Shown here in pieces: positions 15,601 to 30,200 of a DNA stretch of 64,000 nucleotides (within the stretch, counting starts at the first letter, position 1; every line of letters begins with the position of its first letter). This DNA comes from the human T2T-CHM13v2.0 reference genome, Homo sapiens. The notes below the pieces were generated by a model. That model made no database searches and was not told where the DNA came from. It saw only the letters and a program-made list of their open reading frames with translations. Location: NCBI RefSeq assembly GCF_009914755.1, contig NC_060940.1; one strand, given 5' to 3'. The position numbers were made by a program, and so were the translations under genes.

Positions 15601-18600
15601 ATTCAAGTGCATTCGATGATATCATTCGATTCCATTTGATGATAATTCCATTTGATTCCATGTGATGATTCTATTCCATTCCATTCAATGATAATTCCAT
15701 TCAATTCAGTGATTCCTCTGGACTCCATTTGATGATGATTCCATTCAATGATTCCATTCGATTCTATTCGAAAATGATTCCATTTGAATCCATTTGATGA
15801 TGATTCCATTCGATTCCATTTGATGATTCCATTCGATTCCATTCGACGATGATTCCATTCGATTCCATTTGATGATTCCATTCTATTCTATTCGATGATG
15901 ATTCCATTCGATTCCATTCGATGATGATTGGATTCGATTCCATTTGATGATTTCATTTGATTCCATTCGATGATGATTTCGATCAATTCCATTCGATGAT
16001 TCCATTCGATTCCATTTGATAATGATTACATCCGAGTCCATTCGATGATTCCATTTGAGCCCGTTCGATAATTCCATTTGAGTCCAATCAATGATTCCAT
16101 TCATTTCCATTCAATGATTCCATTCGAGTCCATTTGATCATTCCGGTAGGGTCCGTTCGATGTTGATTCCATTGGAGTACATTCGATGATTCCATTCGAG
16201 TCCATTTTAGGATTTGATTCGAGTCCTTTCGATGATTCCATTCGATTCCACTCGATGCGATGATGATTTCATTCGAGTCCATTCGACACTTCCAATCGAT
16301 TCCATTTGATGTTTCCATTCGAGTCCAATTGATGATTCCATTCAATTCCATTCGATGATGATTCCGTAGGATTCCATTCTGTGATGATTCCATGTGATTG
16401 CATTCAATGATGATTCCTTTCGATTGCATTCGATTATGATTCATTTCGTGTTCATTCTATGGTTCCACAGGTTTCACATCGTGTCCATTCCATTATTCCA
16501 TTCTATTCCATTTGATGATGATTCCATTCGATTCCATTCATTGGTGATTCCACTCAATTCCATTCAATGATTCCATTCCATTTCTTTCAACAATGATTCC
16601 ATTAGTTTCTAATCGATGATCCACTTGATTCCATTTGACGATGATTCCATTCTTGTCCATTCGATGATTCCATTTGATTCCATATGATGATGATTCCATT
16701 CGATTCCATATGATGATGATGCCATTCGAGTCCATTCAATGGTGATTCCATTCAATTCCATTCGGTGATTCCTTTCGATTCCATTTGATGATGATGGCAT
16801 TTGATTCCTTTCAATCATTCCCTTTGATTCCACTCAAAGTTGATTTCATTCAAGTCCATTCGATAATTGCATTCGATTCCATTCTATGATGATTCCATTC
16901 GAGTCCATTTGATGATTCCATTCAATTCAAGTCAATGATGTTTCCATTCGATTCCATTCGATGATTCCATTGGATTCCATTCGATGATGATTCCATTCAA
17001 ATCCATTCGATAATTCAATTCACGTCCATTCGATGATGATTCCAATCGAATCCATTCAAAGATTCCATTCAATTCCATTCGATGATTCCCTTAGATTCCA
17101 TTCGATGATTCCACTTGATTGCATTTACGATGATTCCATTCGATTCCATGTGATGATTCCATTCAATTCTATTCAATGATGTTTCCATTTGATTCCATTC
17201 GACCATGATTGCCTTTGATTCCATTCAATGATTCCATTCGGTTCCGTTTGATGATGATTCCGTTCGATTCCATTTGATGATTCCATTTGATTCCATTGGA
17301 TGAGTCCATTCGATTACATTCGATGATTATTCCATTCGAGTGCATTAGATGATTCCATTCGAGTCCATTCGATGATTCCATTCGAGTCCATTCGATGTTG
17401 ATTCTGTTCAAATCCATTCGATGATTCCACTCGATTCCATTCGATGACTCCATTTGATCCCATTCGATGATTTCCTTTGATTCCCTTTGATGATCATTCC
17501 ATTTGATTCAATTCGGTGATTTCATTGGATTCCATTCAGTGATGTTTCCATTCGACTCCATTCGATGATGATTCCATTCGACTACATTCGATTATGATTT
17601 CATTCAATTCCATTCGATAAAGATTCCCTTCGAGTCCAATCGATGATTCCATTCGATTCCATACAACGATGATTTGATTCGTGTCCATTCGATGATTCCA
17701 TTTGATTCCACTTGATGAGGATTCCATTCGACTCCATTTGATGATTCCATTCAATTCCATTCTCCGATGATTTCTTTTGAGCCCATTCGATGCTTCCACT
17801 CGATTACATATGATGATGACTCCATTCGATGAAACTCGATGATGATTCCATTCGCTTGCTTTCGATGATGATTCCACTTGAGTCCGTTAGAAGATTCTAT
17901 TCAATTACATTCCATGACGATTCTGTTCGAGTCCATTTGATGATTCCATTACACTCCATTCGACAATGATTCCATTCAATGTTATTCGATGATTCCATTC
18001 GATCTCATTCGATGATGATTCCATTCAACTCCATTCGATGTTTCCATTCGAGTTCATTCTATTATTCCATTAGATTCCATTCGATGATGATTCCATTCGA
18101 TTCCATTTGATGATTGCATTCTATTTCATTTGATGATGATTCCATTCGAGTCCATTCGATGATTCCATTCGAGTCCATTTAATGAATCCATTGGTTTCAA
18201 TTCTATGATGATTATATTGGATTCCATTCGTTGATGATTTCATTCGATTCCATTCAATGATGATTCCATTCAATTCCATTCAATGATTCCATTCAATTCC
18301 ATACGATGATGATTCCATTTGATTTGATTCAACAGTGAGCCATTCGATTCAATTCCATGATGATTCTATTTGATTCACTTGGTTGACATTTCCATTCGGT
18401 TCCATTCGATGATGATTCCATTTGATTCCATTCAAAGATGATTCCATTCTAGCCCATTCAATCATTCCATTCGATTCTATTCAATGATGATTCCATTCAT
18501 GTCGATTTGGTGATTCCATTTGACTTCATTTGATGATGATTCCTTTCAAGTTCATTAGATGATTCCATTCGATTCCATTTGATGATGATCCCATTCGAGT

Positions 18601-21290
18601 CCATTCAGTGATTCCACTCGTTTCCATTCCATGATGATTCCATTCCATTCCATTCAATGATTCCATTCGATTCCGTTTGATGATGATTTCATTCGAGTCC
18701 ATTTGATGATTCCATTTGATTCCATTCGATGATGATTCCATTCGAGTCCATTCGATGATTCTATTCGAATCCATTTGATGATTTCTTTTGATTATATTTG
18801 GTGATGATTCCATTGGAGTCCATTCAATGATTCCATTCGATTCCAATCGATGGTGGTTCCATTAGAGTCCATTTAATGATTCCATTTGATTCCAGTCTCT
18901 GATGTTTACATTCGAGTCCATACGATGATTCCACTCAATTCCATATGATGATGATTCCATTCGATTCCATTCGATGATTCCATTCTATTCTATTCAAAGG
19001 TGATTCCATTCGAGTACATTAGATGATTCCATTCGATTCCATTCAATGATGATTCTATTTGTGTCCCTTAGATGATTCCACATGATTCCATTAGATGATG
19101 ATACTATTTGAGCCCATCCAATGATTCCCTTCGATTCCATTCGATGAGGATTCCATTCGATTCAATTCATTGGTGATTCTATTCAATTCAATTCTTTGAT
19201 TCAATTCCATTCCATTCGACAATGATTCCATTCGATTTCTTTCGATGATTCCACTCAATTTCACTTGACATTGATTCCATTCGATTCCATTCAATGATTC
19301 CATTTGATTCCAGTGGATGATGATTGCCGTCGATTCCATTCGATCACTCCATTCTGTTCCATTTGATGATGATTACATTCGATTCCATTTGATGATTCCA
19401 TCTGATTCTATTCGAGGATTCCATTTGATTCCATTCGATGATGATTCCATTCGAGTCCATTCGATGATTTCATTCGAGTACATCCAATGATTCCATTCGA
19501 GTCCATTTGATGATTCCATTTCATTCCATTTGATTATGATTCTACTAGAGTCCATTCAATGACTCCATTCGAGTCCATTCAACAGTTCCATCCGAGTCCA
19601 TTCGATGATTCCATTCGATTCCATTTGATCATTCCATTCGAGTACATTTAATCATTACAGTCGAGTCCATTTGGTGATTCCACTGGATTTCTTTTGATAA
19701 TGATACCATTCAATTACATTTGATGATGATCCCATTCAATTTCATTTGATGATGATTCCATTAGAGTCCATTCCATGATTTCATTCGAGTCCCTTCATTG
19801 ATTCCATCCGATTTCATTGGATGATGACTCCATTCGAGTCCATTCGATGATTCCACTCGATTCCATTAGATGATTCCATTGGAGTCCATTTGATTGTTCC
19901 ATTCGATTCCATTCGATTCCTTTCGAAGATTATTCCATTTGAGTCCATTCGATGATGATTCCATTCCATTCCATTCGATGATTCCGTTTGATTCCATTCG
20001 ATGATTCCCTGCGATTCCTTTCTATGATGATTCCATTCCATTCCATTCAATGATTCCATTTGAATCTATTCCATGATGATTCCTTTCGATTCCATTCGCT
20101 GATGTTTCCGTTCAATTCCATTCGATGATGATTCCATTCGATTCCATTCATTGAGGATTCCATTGGATTCCATTCAATGATGATTCCATTCTATTCCATT
20201 CAATGATTGCATTCAATTCCATTCAATGATTATGCCATTAGAGTAAATTCAACGATTCCATTCAATACCATTCGATGATGATTCCTTTTGAGTCCATTCA
20301 ATGATTTCATTCAAGTCCATTTGATGATTCCTTTCAATTCCATTCCATGATGATTCCATTCGAGTCCATTCGATGATTCCATTCGATTGCATTCGATGAT
20401 TCCATTATATTCCATTCAACGATGATTCCATTCGAGTCCATTCGATGATTCCATTAGAGTACATTTAATGATTGCTTTGTTTTCAATTCGAAGATGATTA
20501 CATTGGATTCCATTCTATGATTCCATTCGATTGCATTCATTGATGATTCCACCCAATTCCATTCGATGATGATTCCATTCGATTTCAATGATTCTACTCG
20601 ATTCCATTCAATGATGATTCAATTCTATTCCGTTTGATGATTCCATTAGATTCCATTCTATGATGATTCCATTCGAGTCCATTCGAAGATTTCATTCGAT
20701 TACATTCCATGACGATTCCATTCGAGTCCATTCGATGATTCCATTTGAATCCATTCGACGATGATTCCATTTGATGCTATTCGATGATTCCATTGGATTC
20801 CATTCGATGATGATTCCATTCGACTTGATTTGATGTTTCTATTTGAGTCCATTCGGTTATTTTATTAGACTACATTCGATGATGATTCCATTCGATGCCA
20901 TTCAGTGGTTCCATTTGATTCCACTCAATGATGATTGCATTCGTGTCCATTCGATGATTCCATTTGGTTCCATTTGATGATGATTCCATTCGAGTCCATT
21001 CGATGATACCATTCAATTCCATTCGATGATCATTCCATTCGAATCCATTTGATGATTCCACTCAATTCCATTTGATGACTCCTTTCATTCCCATTCGATG
21101 ATTCCCTTCAGTTCCAATTGGATGATCTTTCCATTTGATTCAATATGGTGACTCCATTCTATTATATTCAATGATGATTCCATTCGACTCCATTAGATGA
21201 TGACTTCATTCCATTCCATTCGATTGTGATTTCATTCGATTCCATTCGAAGATGATTCCATTCGAGTCCATTCGATGATTCCATTCGATT
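12661..21290 (+). repeat. ~11.8-kb higher-order unit, copy 2 (truncated; equivalent to 1-~9480)
   Basis: Collinear and nearly identical to 1-9480, apart from one fewer 836-bp subrepeat, a 5-bp insertion near 16257 and a 23-bp deletion near 17385. Collinearity ends at ~21290. Confidence 0.92.
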
Positions 21291-24200
21291 TCATTCAACG
21301 ATGATTTGATTCGTGTCCATTCGATGATTCCATTTGATTCCACTTGATGATGATTCCATTCGAGTCCATTTGATGATTCCATTCAATTCCATTCTCCGAT
21401 GACTTCTTTTGAGCCCATTCAATGCTTCCACTCGATTCCATATGATGATGACTCCATTCGATGAAATTCGATGATGATTCCATTCGCTTGCATTCGATGA
21501 TGATTCCACTTGAGTCCACTAGAAGATTCTATTCAATTACATTCCAAGACGATTCCGTTCGAGTCCATTTGATGATTCCATTAGACTCCATTCGACGATG
21601 ATTCCATTCGAGGTTATTCGATGATTCCATTCGATCTCATTCGATGATGATTCCATTCAACTCCATTCGATGTTTCCATTCGAGTTCATTCTATTATTCC
21701 ATTAGATTCCATTCGATGATGATTCCATTCGATTCCATTTGATGATTGCATTCTATTTCATTTGATGATGATTCCATTCGAGTCCACTCGATGATTCCAT
21801 TCTAGTCCACTCGATGATTCCATTCGAGTCCATTTAATGAATATATTGGTTTCAATTCTATGATGATTACATTGGATTACATTCGTTGATGATTTCATTC
21901 GGTTCCATTCAATGATGATTCCATTCAATTCCTTTCAATGTTTCCATTCAATTCCATACGATGATGATTCCATTTGATTTGATTCGACAGTGGGCCATTC
22001 GATTCAATTCCATGATGATTCTATTTGATTCAATTGGTTGACATTTCCATTCGATTCCATTCGATGATGATTCCCTTTGATTCCGTTCAAAGATGATTCC
22101 ATTCTAGCCCATTCAATCATTCCATTCGATTCTATTCAATGATGATTCCATTCATGTCGATTTGGTGATTCCATTTGACTTCATTTGATGATGATTCCTT
22201 TCAAGTTCATTAGATGATTCCATTCGATTCCATTTGATGATGATCCCATTCGAGTCCATTCAGTGATTCCACTCGTTTCCATTCCATGATGATTCCATTC
22301 CATTCCATTCAATGATTCCATTCGATTCCGTTTGATGATGATTTCATTCGAGTCCATTTGATGATTCCATTTCATTCCATTCGATGATGATTCCATTCGA
22401 GTCCATTTGATGATTCTATTCGAATCCATTTGATGATTTCTTTTGATTATAGTTGGTGATGATTCCATTGGAGTCCATTCAATGATTCCATTCTATTCCA
22501 ATCGATGATGATTCCATTAGAGTCCATTTAATGATTCCATTTGATTCCAGTCTCTGATGATTACATTCGAGTCCATACGATGATTCCACTCAATTCCATA
22601 TGATGATGATTCCATTCGATTCCATTCGATGATTCCATTCTATTCTATTCAATGGTGATTCCATTCGATTCCATTCAATGATGATTCTATTTGTGTCCCT
22701 TAGATGATTCCACATGATTCCATTAGATGATGATACTATTTGAGCCCATCCAATGATTCCCTTCGATTCCATTCGATGAGGATTCCATTCGATTCAGTTC
22801 ATTGGTGATTCTATTCAATTCAATTCTTTGATTCCATTCCATTCCATTCGACAATGATTCCATTCGATTTCTTTCGATGATTCCACTCGATTCCACTTGA
22901 CATTGATTCCCTTCGATTCCATTCAATGATTCCATTTGATTCCAGTGGATGATGATTGCCATCGATTCCATTCGATCACTCCATTCTATTCCATTTGATG
23001 ATGATTACATTCGATTCCATTTGACGATTCCATCTGATTCTATTCGAGGATTCCATTTGATTCCATTCGATGATGATTCCATTCGAGTCCATTCGATGAT
23101 TTCATTCGAGTACATCCAATGATTCCATTCGAGTCCATTTGATGATTCCATTTGATTCCATTTGATAATGATTCTACTAGAGGCCATTCAATGACTCCAT
23201 TGGAGTCCATTCAACAATTCCATTCGACTCCATTTGATGATTCCATTCGATTCCATTTGATGATTCCATTCGAGTCCATTTAATCATTACAGTCGAGTCC
23301 ATTTGGTGATTCCACCGGATTTCTTTTGATAATGATACCATTCAATTACATTTGATGATGATCCCATTCAATTTCATTTGATGGTGATTCCATTAGAGTC
23401 CATTCGATGATTTCATTCGAGTCCCTTCATTGATTCCATCCGATTTCATTGGATGATGACTCCATTCGAGTCCATTCGATGATTCCACTCGATTCCATTA
23501 GATGATTCCATTGGAGTCCATTTGATTGTTCCATTCGATTCCATTCGATTTCTTTCGAAGATTATTCCATTTGAGTCCATTCGATGATGATTCCATTTCA
23601 TTCCATTCGATGATTCCGTTTGATTCCATTCGATGATTCCCTTCGATTCCTTTCTTTGATGATTCCATTCCATTCCATTCAATGATTCCATTCGAATCTA
23701 TTCCATGATGATTCCTTTCGATTCCATTCGCTGATGTTTCCTTTCAATTCCATTCGATGATGATTCCATTCGATTCCATTCATTGAGGATTCCATTTGAT
23801 TCCATTCAATGATGATTCCGTTCTATTCCATTCAATGATTGCATTCAATTCCATTCAATGATTATCCCCTTAGAGTAAACTCAACGATTCCACTCAATAC
23901 CATTCGATGGTGTTTCCTTTTGAGTCCATTCAATGATTTCATTCAAGTCCATTTGATGATTCCTTTCAATTCCATTCTATGATGATTCCATTCGAGTCCA
24001 TTCGATGATTCCATTCGATTGCATTCGATGATTCCATTATATTCCAGTCAACGATGATTCCATTCGAGTCCATTCCATGATTCCATTAGAGTACATTTAA
24101 TGATTGCTTTGTTTTCAATTCGAAGATGATTACATTGGATTCCATTCTATGATACCATTCGATTCCATTCAATGATGATTCCACTCAAATCCATTGGATG

Positions 24201-27200
24201 ATTCCATTCGTGTCCATTCGGTGATTTCATTAGATTCCATTCGAGGATGATTCCATTCGATTCCATTCGATGATTCCATTCAATTCCATTCGATGATGAT
24301 TCCATTCCAGTCCATATGATCATTCCATTTGATTTCATTCGATGATGATTCCATTCGATTCCATTCGATGATTCCATTCTATTCCATTCGATGATGATTC
24401 CATTCGAGTCCATTCGATGATTCCATTCGAGTCCATTTAATGATTCCATTGGGTTCAATTCAATGATGATTACATTGGATTCCGTTCTATGATTCCATTC
24501 AATTCCTTTCATTGACAATTTGATTCCATTCGATGATGATTCAATTTGAGTTCATTCGATGATTCTATTCGATTCTCTTCGATGGTGATTCAATTCTATT
24601 ATATTGGATGATTCCATTCGATTCCATTTGATGTTGATTCAATTCGATTCTATTCGATGATGATTCCATTGGATTTCACTTGATGATTCTATTCGATTCC
24701 ATTCAATGATGATTCACTTCTCGTCCATTGGATGATTCCATTTCATTCCATTCGATGATGATTTCCTTCGATTCCATGCGACGGTGAGCAATTCGATTCA
24801 ATTCCATGATGATTCTATTTGATTCAATTAGATGATGTTTCCATTCGAATCCATTCCATGATTATTCCATTGGAATCCATTTGGCGATGATTCCATATGA
24901 GTCAATTCAATGATGATTCCATATGGGTCCGTTCGATGATAATTCCATTTGATTTCATTCAATGCTTCTATTCTATTCCAGTCAATGATGATTCCGTTGG
25001 AGTCCATACGATGATTCCATTTGATTTCATTTGATGATGATTCCATTCGATGATGATTACATTGGATTCCATTCTATGATTCCATTCAATTCCATTCGTT
25101 GATGATTCGATTCCATTCAATGATGATTCCATTTGAGTTCATTCGATGATTCTATTTGATTCCGTTCGATGGTGATTCAATTCTATTATATTGGATGATT
25201 CCACTCGATTCCATTTGATGATTATTCCATTGGAGTCCACTTAGTGAATCCTTTAGATTCTACTCGAAGATGATTCCATTCGAGTCCATTCAATGATACC
25301 ATTCAATTTCATTCGTTGATGCTTCCATTCAAGTGCATTCGATGATATCATTCGATTCCATTTGATGATAATTCCATTTGATTCCATGCGATGATTCTAT
25401 TCGATTCCATTCAATGATAATTCCATTCAATTCAGTGATTCCTCTGGACTCCATTTGATGATGATACCATTCAATGATTCCATTCGATTCTATTCCAAAA
25501 TGATTCCATTTGAATCCATTTGATGATGATTCCATTAGATTCCATTTGATGATTCCATTCGATTGCATTTGACGATGATTCCATTCGATTCCATTTGATG
25601 ATTCCATTCTATTCTATTCGATGATGATTCCATTCGATTCCATTTGATGATGATTGGATTCGATTCCATTTGATGATTTCATTTGATTCCATTCGTTAAT
25701 GATTTCGATCAACTCCATTCGATGATTCCATTTGATTCCATTCGATAATGATTACATCCGAGTCCATTCGATGATTCCATTTGAGCCCGTTCGATAATTC
25801 CATTTGAGTCCAATCAATGATTCCATTCATTTCCATTCAATGATTCCATTCGAGTCCATTTGATCATTCTGGTAGGGTCCGTTCGATGTTGATTCCATTG
25901 GAGTGCATTCGATGATTCCATTCGAGTCCATTTTATGATTTGATTCGAGTCCTTTCGATGATTCCATTCGATTCCACTCGATGATGATTTCATTCGAGTC
26001 CATTCGACACTTCCAATCGATTCCATTTGATGTTTCCATTCGAGTCCAATTGATGATTCCATTCAATTCCATTCGATGATGATTCCGTACGATTCCATTC
26101 TGTGATGATTCCATGTGATTGCATTCAATGATGATTCCTTTCGACTGCATTTGATTATGATTCATTTCGTGTTCATTCTATGGTTCCACAGGTTTCCATT
26201 CGATGACGTTTCCGTTCGTGTCCATTCCATTATTCCATTCTATTTCATTTGATGATGATTCCATTCGATTCCATTCATTGGTGATTCCACTCAATTCCAT
26301 TCAATGATTCCATTCCATTTCTTTCAACAATGATTCCATTACTTTCTATTCGATGATCCACTTGATTCCATTTGGCGATGATTCCATTCGTGTCCATTCG
26401 ATGATTCCATTTGATTCCATATGATGATGATTCCATTCGATTCCATACCATGATGATTCCATTCGAGTCCATTCAATGGTGATTCCATTCAATTCCATTT
26501 GATGATTCCTTCCGATTCCATTCGATGATGATGGCATTCGATTCCTTTCAATCATTCCCTTTGATTCCATTCAAAGGTGATTTCATTCAAGTCCATTCGA
26601 TAATTGCATTCGATTCCATTCTATGATGATTCCATTCGAGTCCATTTGATGATTCCATTCAATTCAAGTCAATGATGATTCCATTTAATTCCACTCGATG
26701 ATTCCATTGGATTCAATTCGATGATGATTCCATTCAAATCCATTCGATAATTCAATTCAAGTCCATTCGATGATGATTCCAATCGAATCCATTCAAAGAT
26801 TCCATTCAATTCCATTCGATGATGATTCCCTTAGATTCCATTCGATGATTCCACTTGATTCCATTTACGATGATTCCATTCGATTCCATGTGATGAATCC
26901 ATTCAATTCTATTCAATGATGTTTCCATTTGATTCCATTGGACCATGATTGCCTTTGATTCCATTCAATGATTCCATTCGGTTCCATTTGATGATGATTC
27001 CGTTCGATTCCATTTCATTATTCCATTTGATTCCATTGGATGAGTCCATTCGATTACATTCGATGATTATTCCATTCGAGTGCATTAGATGATTGCATTC
27101 GAGTCCATTCGATGATTCCATTCGATTCCATTCGATGTTGATTCTGTTCAAATCCATTCGATGATTCCACTCGATTCCATTCGATGACTCCATTTGATCC

Positions 27201-30200
27201 CATTCGATGATTTCCTGTGATTCCCTTTGATGATCATTCTATTTGATTCAATTCGGTGATTTCATTTCATTCCATTCAGTGATGTTTCCATTCGACTGTA
27301 TTCGATGATGATTCCATTCGACTCCATTCGATTATGATTTCATTCAATTCCATTCAATAATGATTCCCTTCGAGTCAATTCGATGATTCCATTCGATTCC
27401 ATTCAACGATGATTTGATTCGTTTCCATTCGATGATTCCATTTGATTCCACTTGATGATGATTCCATTCGAGTCCATTTGATGATTCCATTCGAGTCTAT
27501 TTATGTATTATATTCGTGTCCACTTCATGATTCCATTCAATTCCATTTAATGTTGATTCCATTTGATTCCATTTGATGATTCAGTTCGATTCCTTGCAAT
27601 GATTCCCTACGATTCCTTTCTCTGATGATTCCATTCGATTCCATTCATTGATGATTTCATTCGACTCCATTCGATGATGATTCCTTTCGATTCCATTTGA
27701 CGATGTTTCCATTCGAGTCCATTCGATGATGATTCTATTCAATTCTGTTCTATTATGATTCCATTCGATTTCATTCAATGCTTCTATTTGATTCCATTCG
27801 ATGATGATTCCATCTCTTTCCCTTCGATGATTCCATTTGATTCCATTCAGTGATGATTCCATTTGATTCCATCTGATGATGATTTCACTTGATTCCTTTC
27901 AATGATGATTCAATTCAAGTCCATTCGATGATTCCATTGGAGTCCAAACGATCATTCCGTTCGATTCCATTCAATGGTGATTCCATTCATGTCCATTCGA
28001 TGAATCCATTCAATTCCATTCGATGATGACTCCATTCGAGTACATTCGATGATTCCATTTGATTCCATTTGAAGATGATTCCATTCAATTCCATTCGAAG
28101 ATGATTCCATTCAATTCCATTCGATGATGATTCCGTATGAATCCATTCTCTGATTATTCCATTCGATTCCATTCATTGACGATTCCATTCAATTCCATTC
28201 AATGATGATTCTCTTCTATTCCATTCGATGATTCCGGTCGATTCCATTCGATGATGATTCCATTAGATTCCATTCGATTGTTGCATTCGATTCCCTTCGA
28301 TGATGATTCCTTTGAATTCCATTCGATTATCATTCCGTATGAATCCATTTGATGATTATTCCATTGGATTCCTTTCGATGATGATTCCATTCGATTCCAT
28401 TTGATGATGTTTCTCTTGTATTCCATTGGATAATTCCTTTCAGTTCCCTTCGATGATTATTCTTTCGAGTCAATTCGATGATTCTATTCCATTCCCTTCG
28501 ATGATGATTCCATTTCACTCCATTTGATGATTCCATTCGACTCAATTTGGGGATGATTCAATTCGATGACATTCGATGACTCCATTCAATTTCATTTGAT
28601 GATGATTACATTCGAGTCCATTTGATGATTGTATTCCTTTCCTTTTGATGATTATTCCATTCGTGTCTATTCAAAGGTTCCATTCTATTCCATTCAATGA
28701 TGATTGCATTTGATTCCATTCAATGATTATGGCTATCGATTCCACTCGTTGATTCCATTTGATTCCGTTCGATGATTATTCCGTTAGATTCCATTAGAAG
28801 ATTCCATTCGATTTTATTCAATGATTCCAATGGATTCCATTCAATGATGATTCCATTCGACTCCATTCAGTGATTCCATTCGAGTCCATTTGATGATTCC
28901 ATTCTTTTCCATTTGATGATGATTCCATTAGGGTCCATTCAATGATTCCATTCGAGTCCATTCGTTAATGCCTTTCGAGTCCTTTTGATCACTACATTCG
29001 AGTCCATTCAATGATTCTATTCGATTCCATTCCATGATGATTCCATTCGAGTTCATTCGATGATTGCATTCGAGTCCATTTGATGATTCCATATGATTCC
29101 ATTCGACAATGATTCCATTCGTGTCCATTTGATGATTCCATTCATTTCCTATCGATGAAGATTCCATTCAAGTGTATTCGATGATTCCATTCAAATCCAT
29201 TCGATGATGATTCCATTCCAGTCCATTCGATCATTCCACTTGATTCCATTTGATGACTATTCCATTCAAATCCATTTGATGATTCCATTCGATTCCATTC
29301 GATGTTACCATTCGAGTATATACGATGATTCCACTCGATTCCATTTGATGATTATTCCATTGGAGTCCACTTAGTGAATCCTTTAGATTCTACTGGAAGA
29401 TGATTCCATTCGAGTCCATTCGATGATACCATTCAATTCCATTCGTTGATGCTTCCATTCAAGTGCATTCGATGATATCATTCGATTCCATTTGATGATA
29501 ATTCCATTTGATTCCATGTGATGATTCTATTCCATTCCATTCAATGATAATTCCATTCAATTCAGTGATTCCTCTGGACTCCATTTGATGATGATTCCAT
29601 TCAATGATTCCATTCGATTATATTCGAAAATGATTCCATTTGAATCCATTTGATGATGATTCCATTGGATTCCATTTGATGATTCCATTCGATTCCATTC
29701 GATGATGATTCCATTCGATTCCTTTTGATGAATCCATTCTATTGTATTCGATGATGATTCCATTCGATTCCATTCGATGATGATTGGATTCGATTCCATT
29801 TGATGATTTCATTTGATTCCATTCGATAAGGATTTCGATCAATTCCATTCAATGATTCCATTCGATTCCATTCGATAATGATTACATCCGAGTCCATTCG
29901 ATGATTCCATTTGAGCCCGTTCGATAATTCCATTTGAGTCCAATCAATGATTCCATTCATTTCCATTCAATGATTCCATTCGAGTCCATTTGATCATTCC
30001 GGTAGGGTCCGTTCGATGTTGATTCCATTGGAGTGCATTCGATGATTCCATTCGAGTCCATTTTATGATTTGATTCGAGTCCTTTCGATGATTCCATTCG
30101 ATTCCACTCGATGATTTCATTCGAGTCCATTCGACACTTCCAATCGATTCCATTTGATGTTTCCATTCGATTCCAATTGATGATTCCATTCAATTCCATT

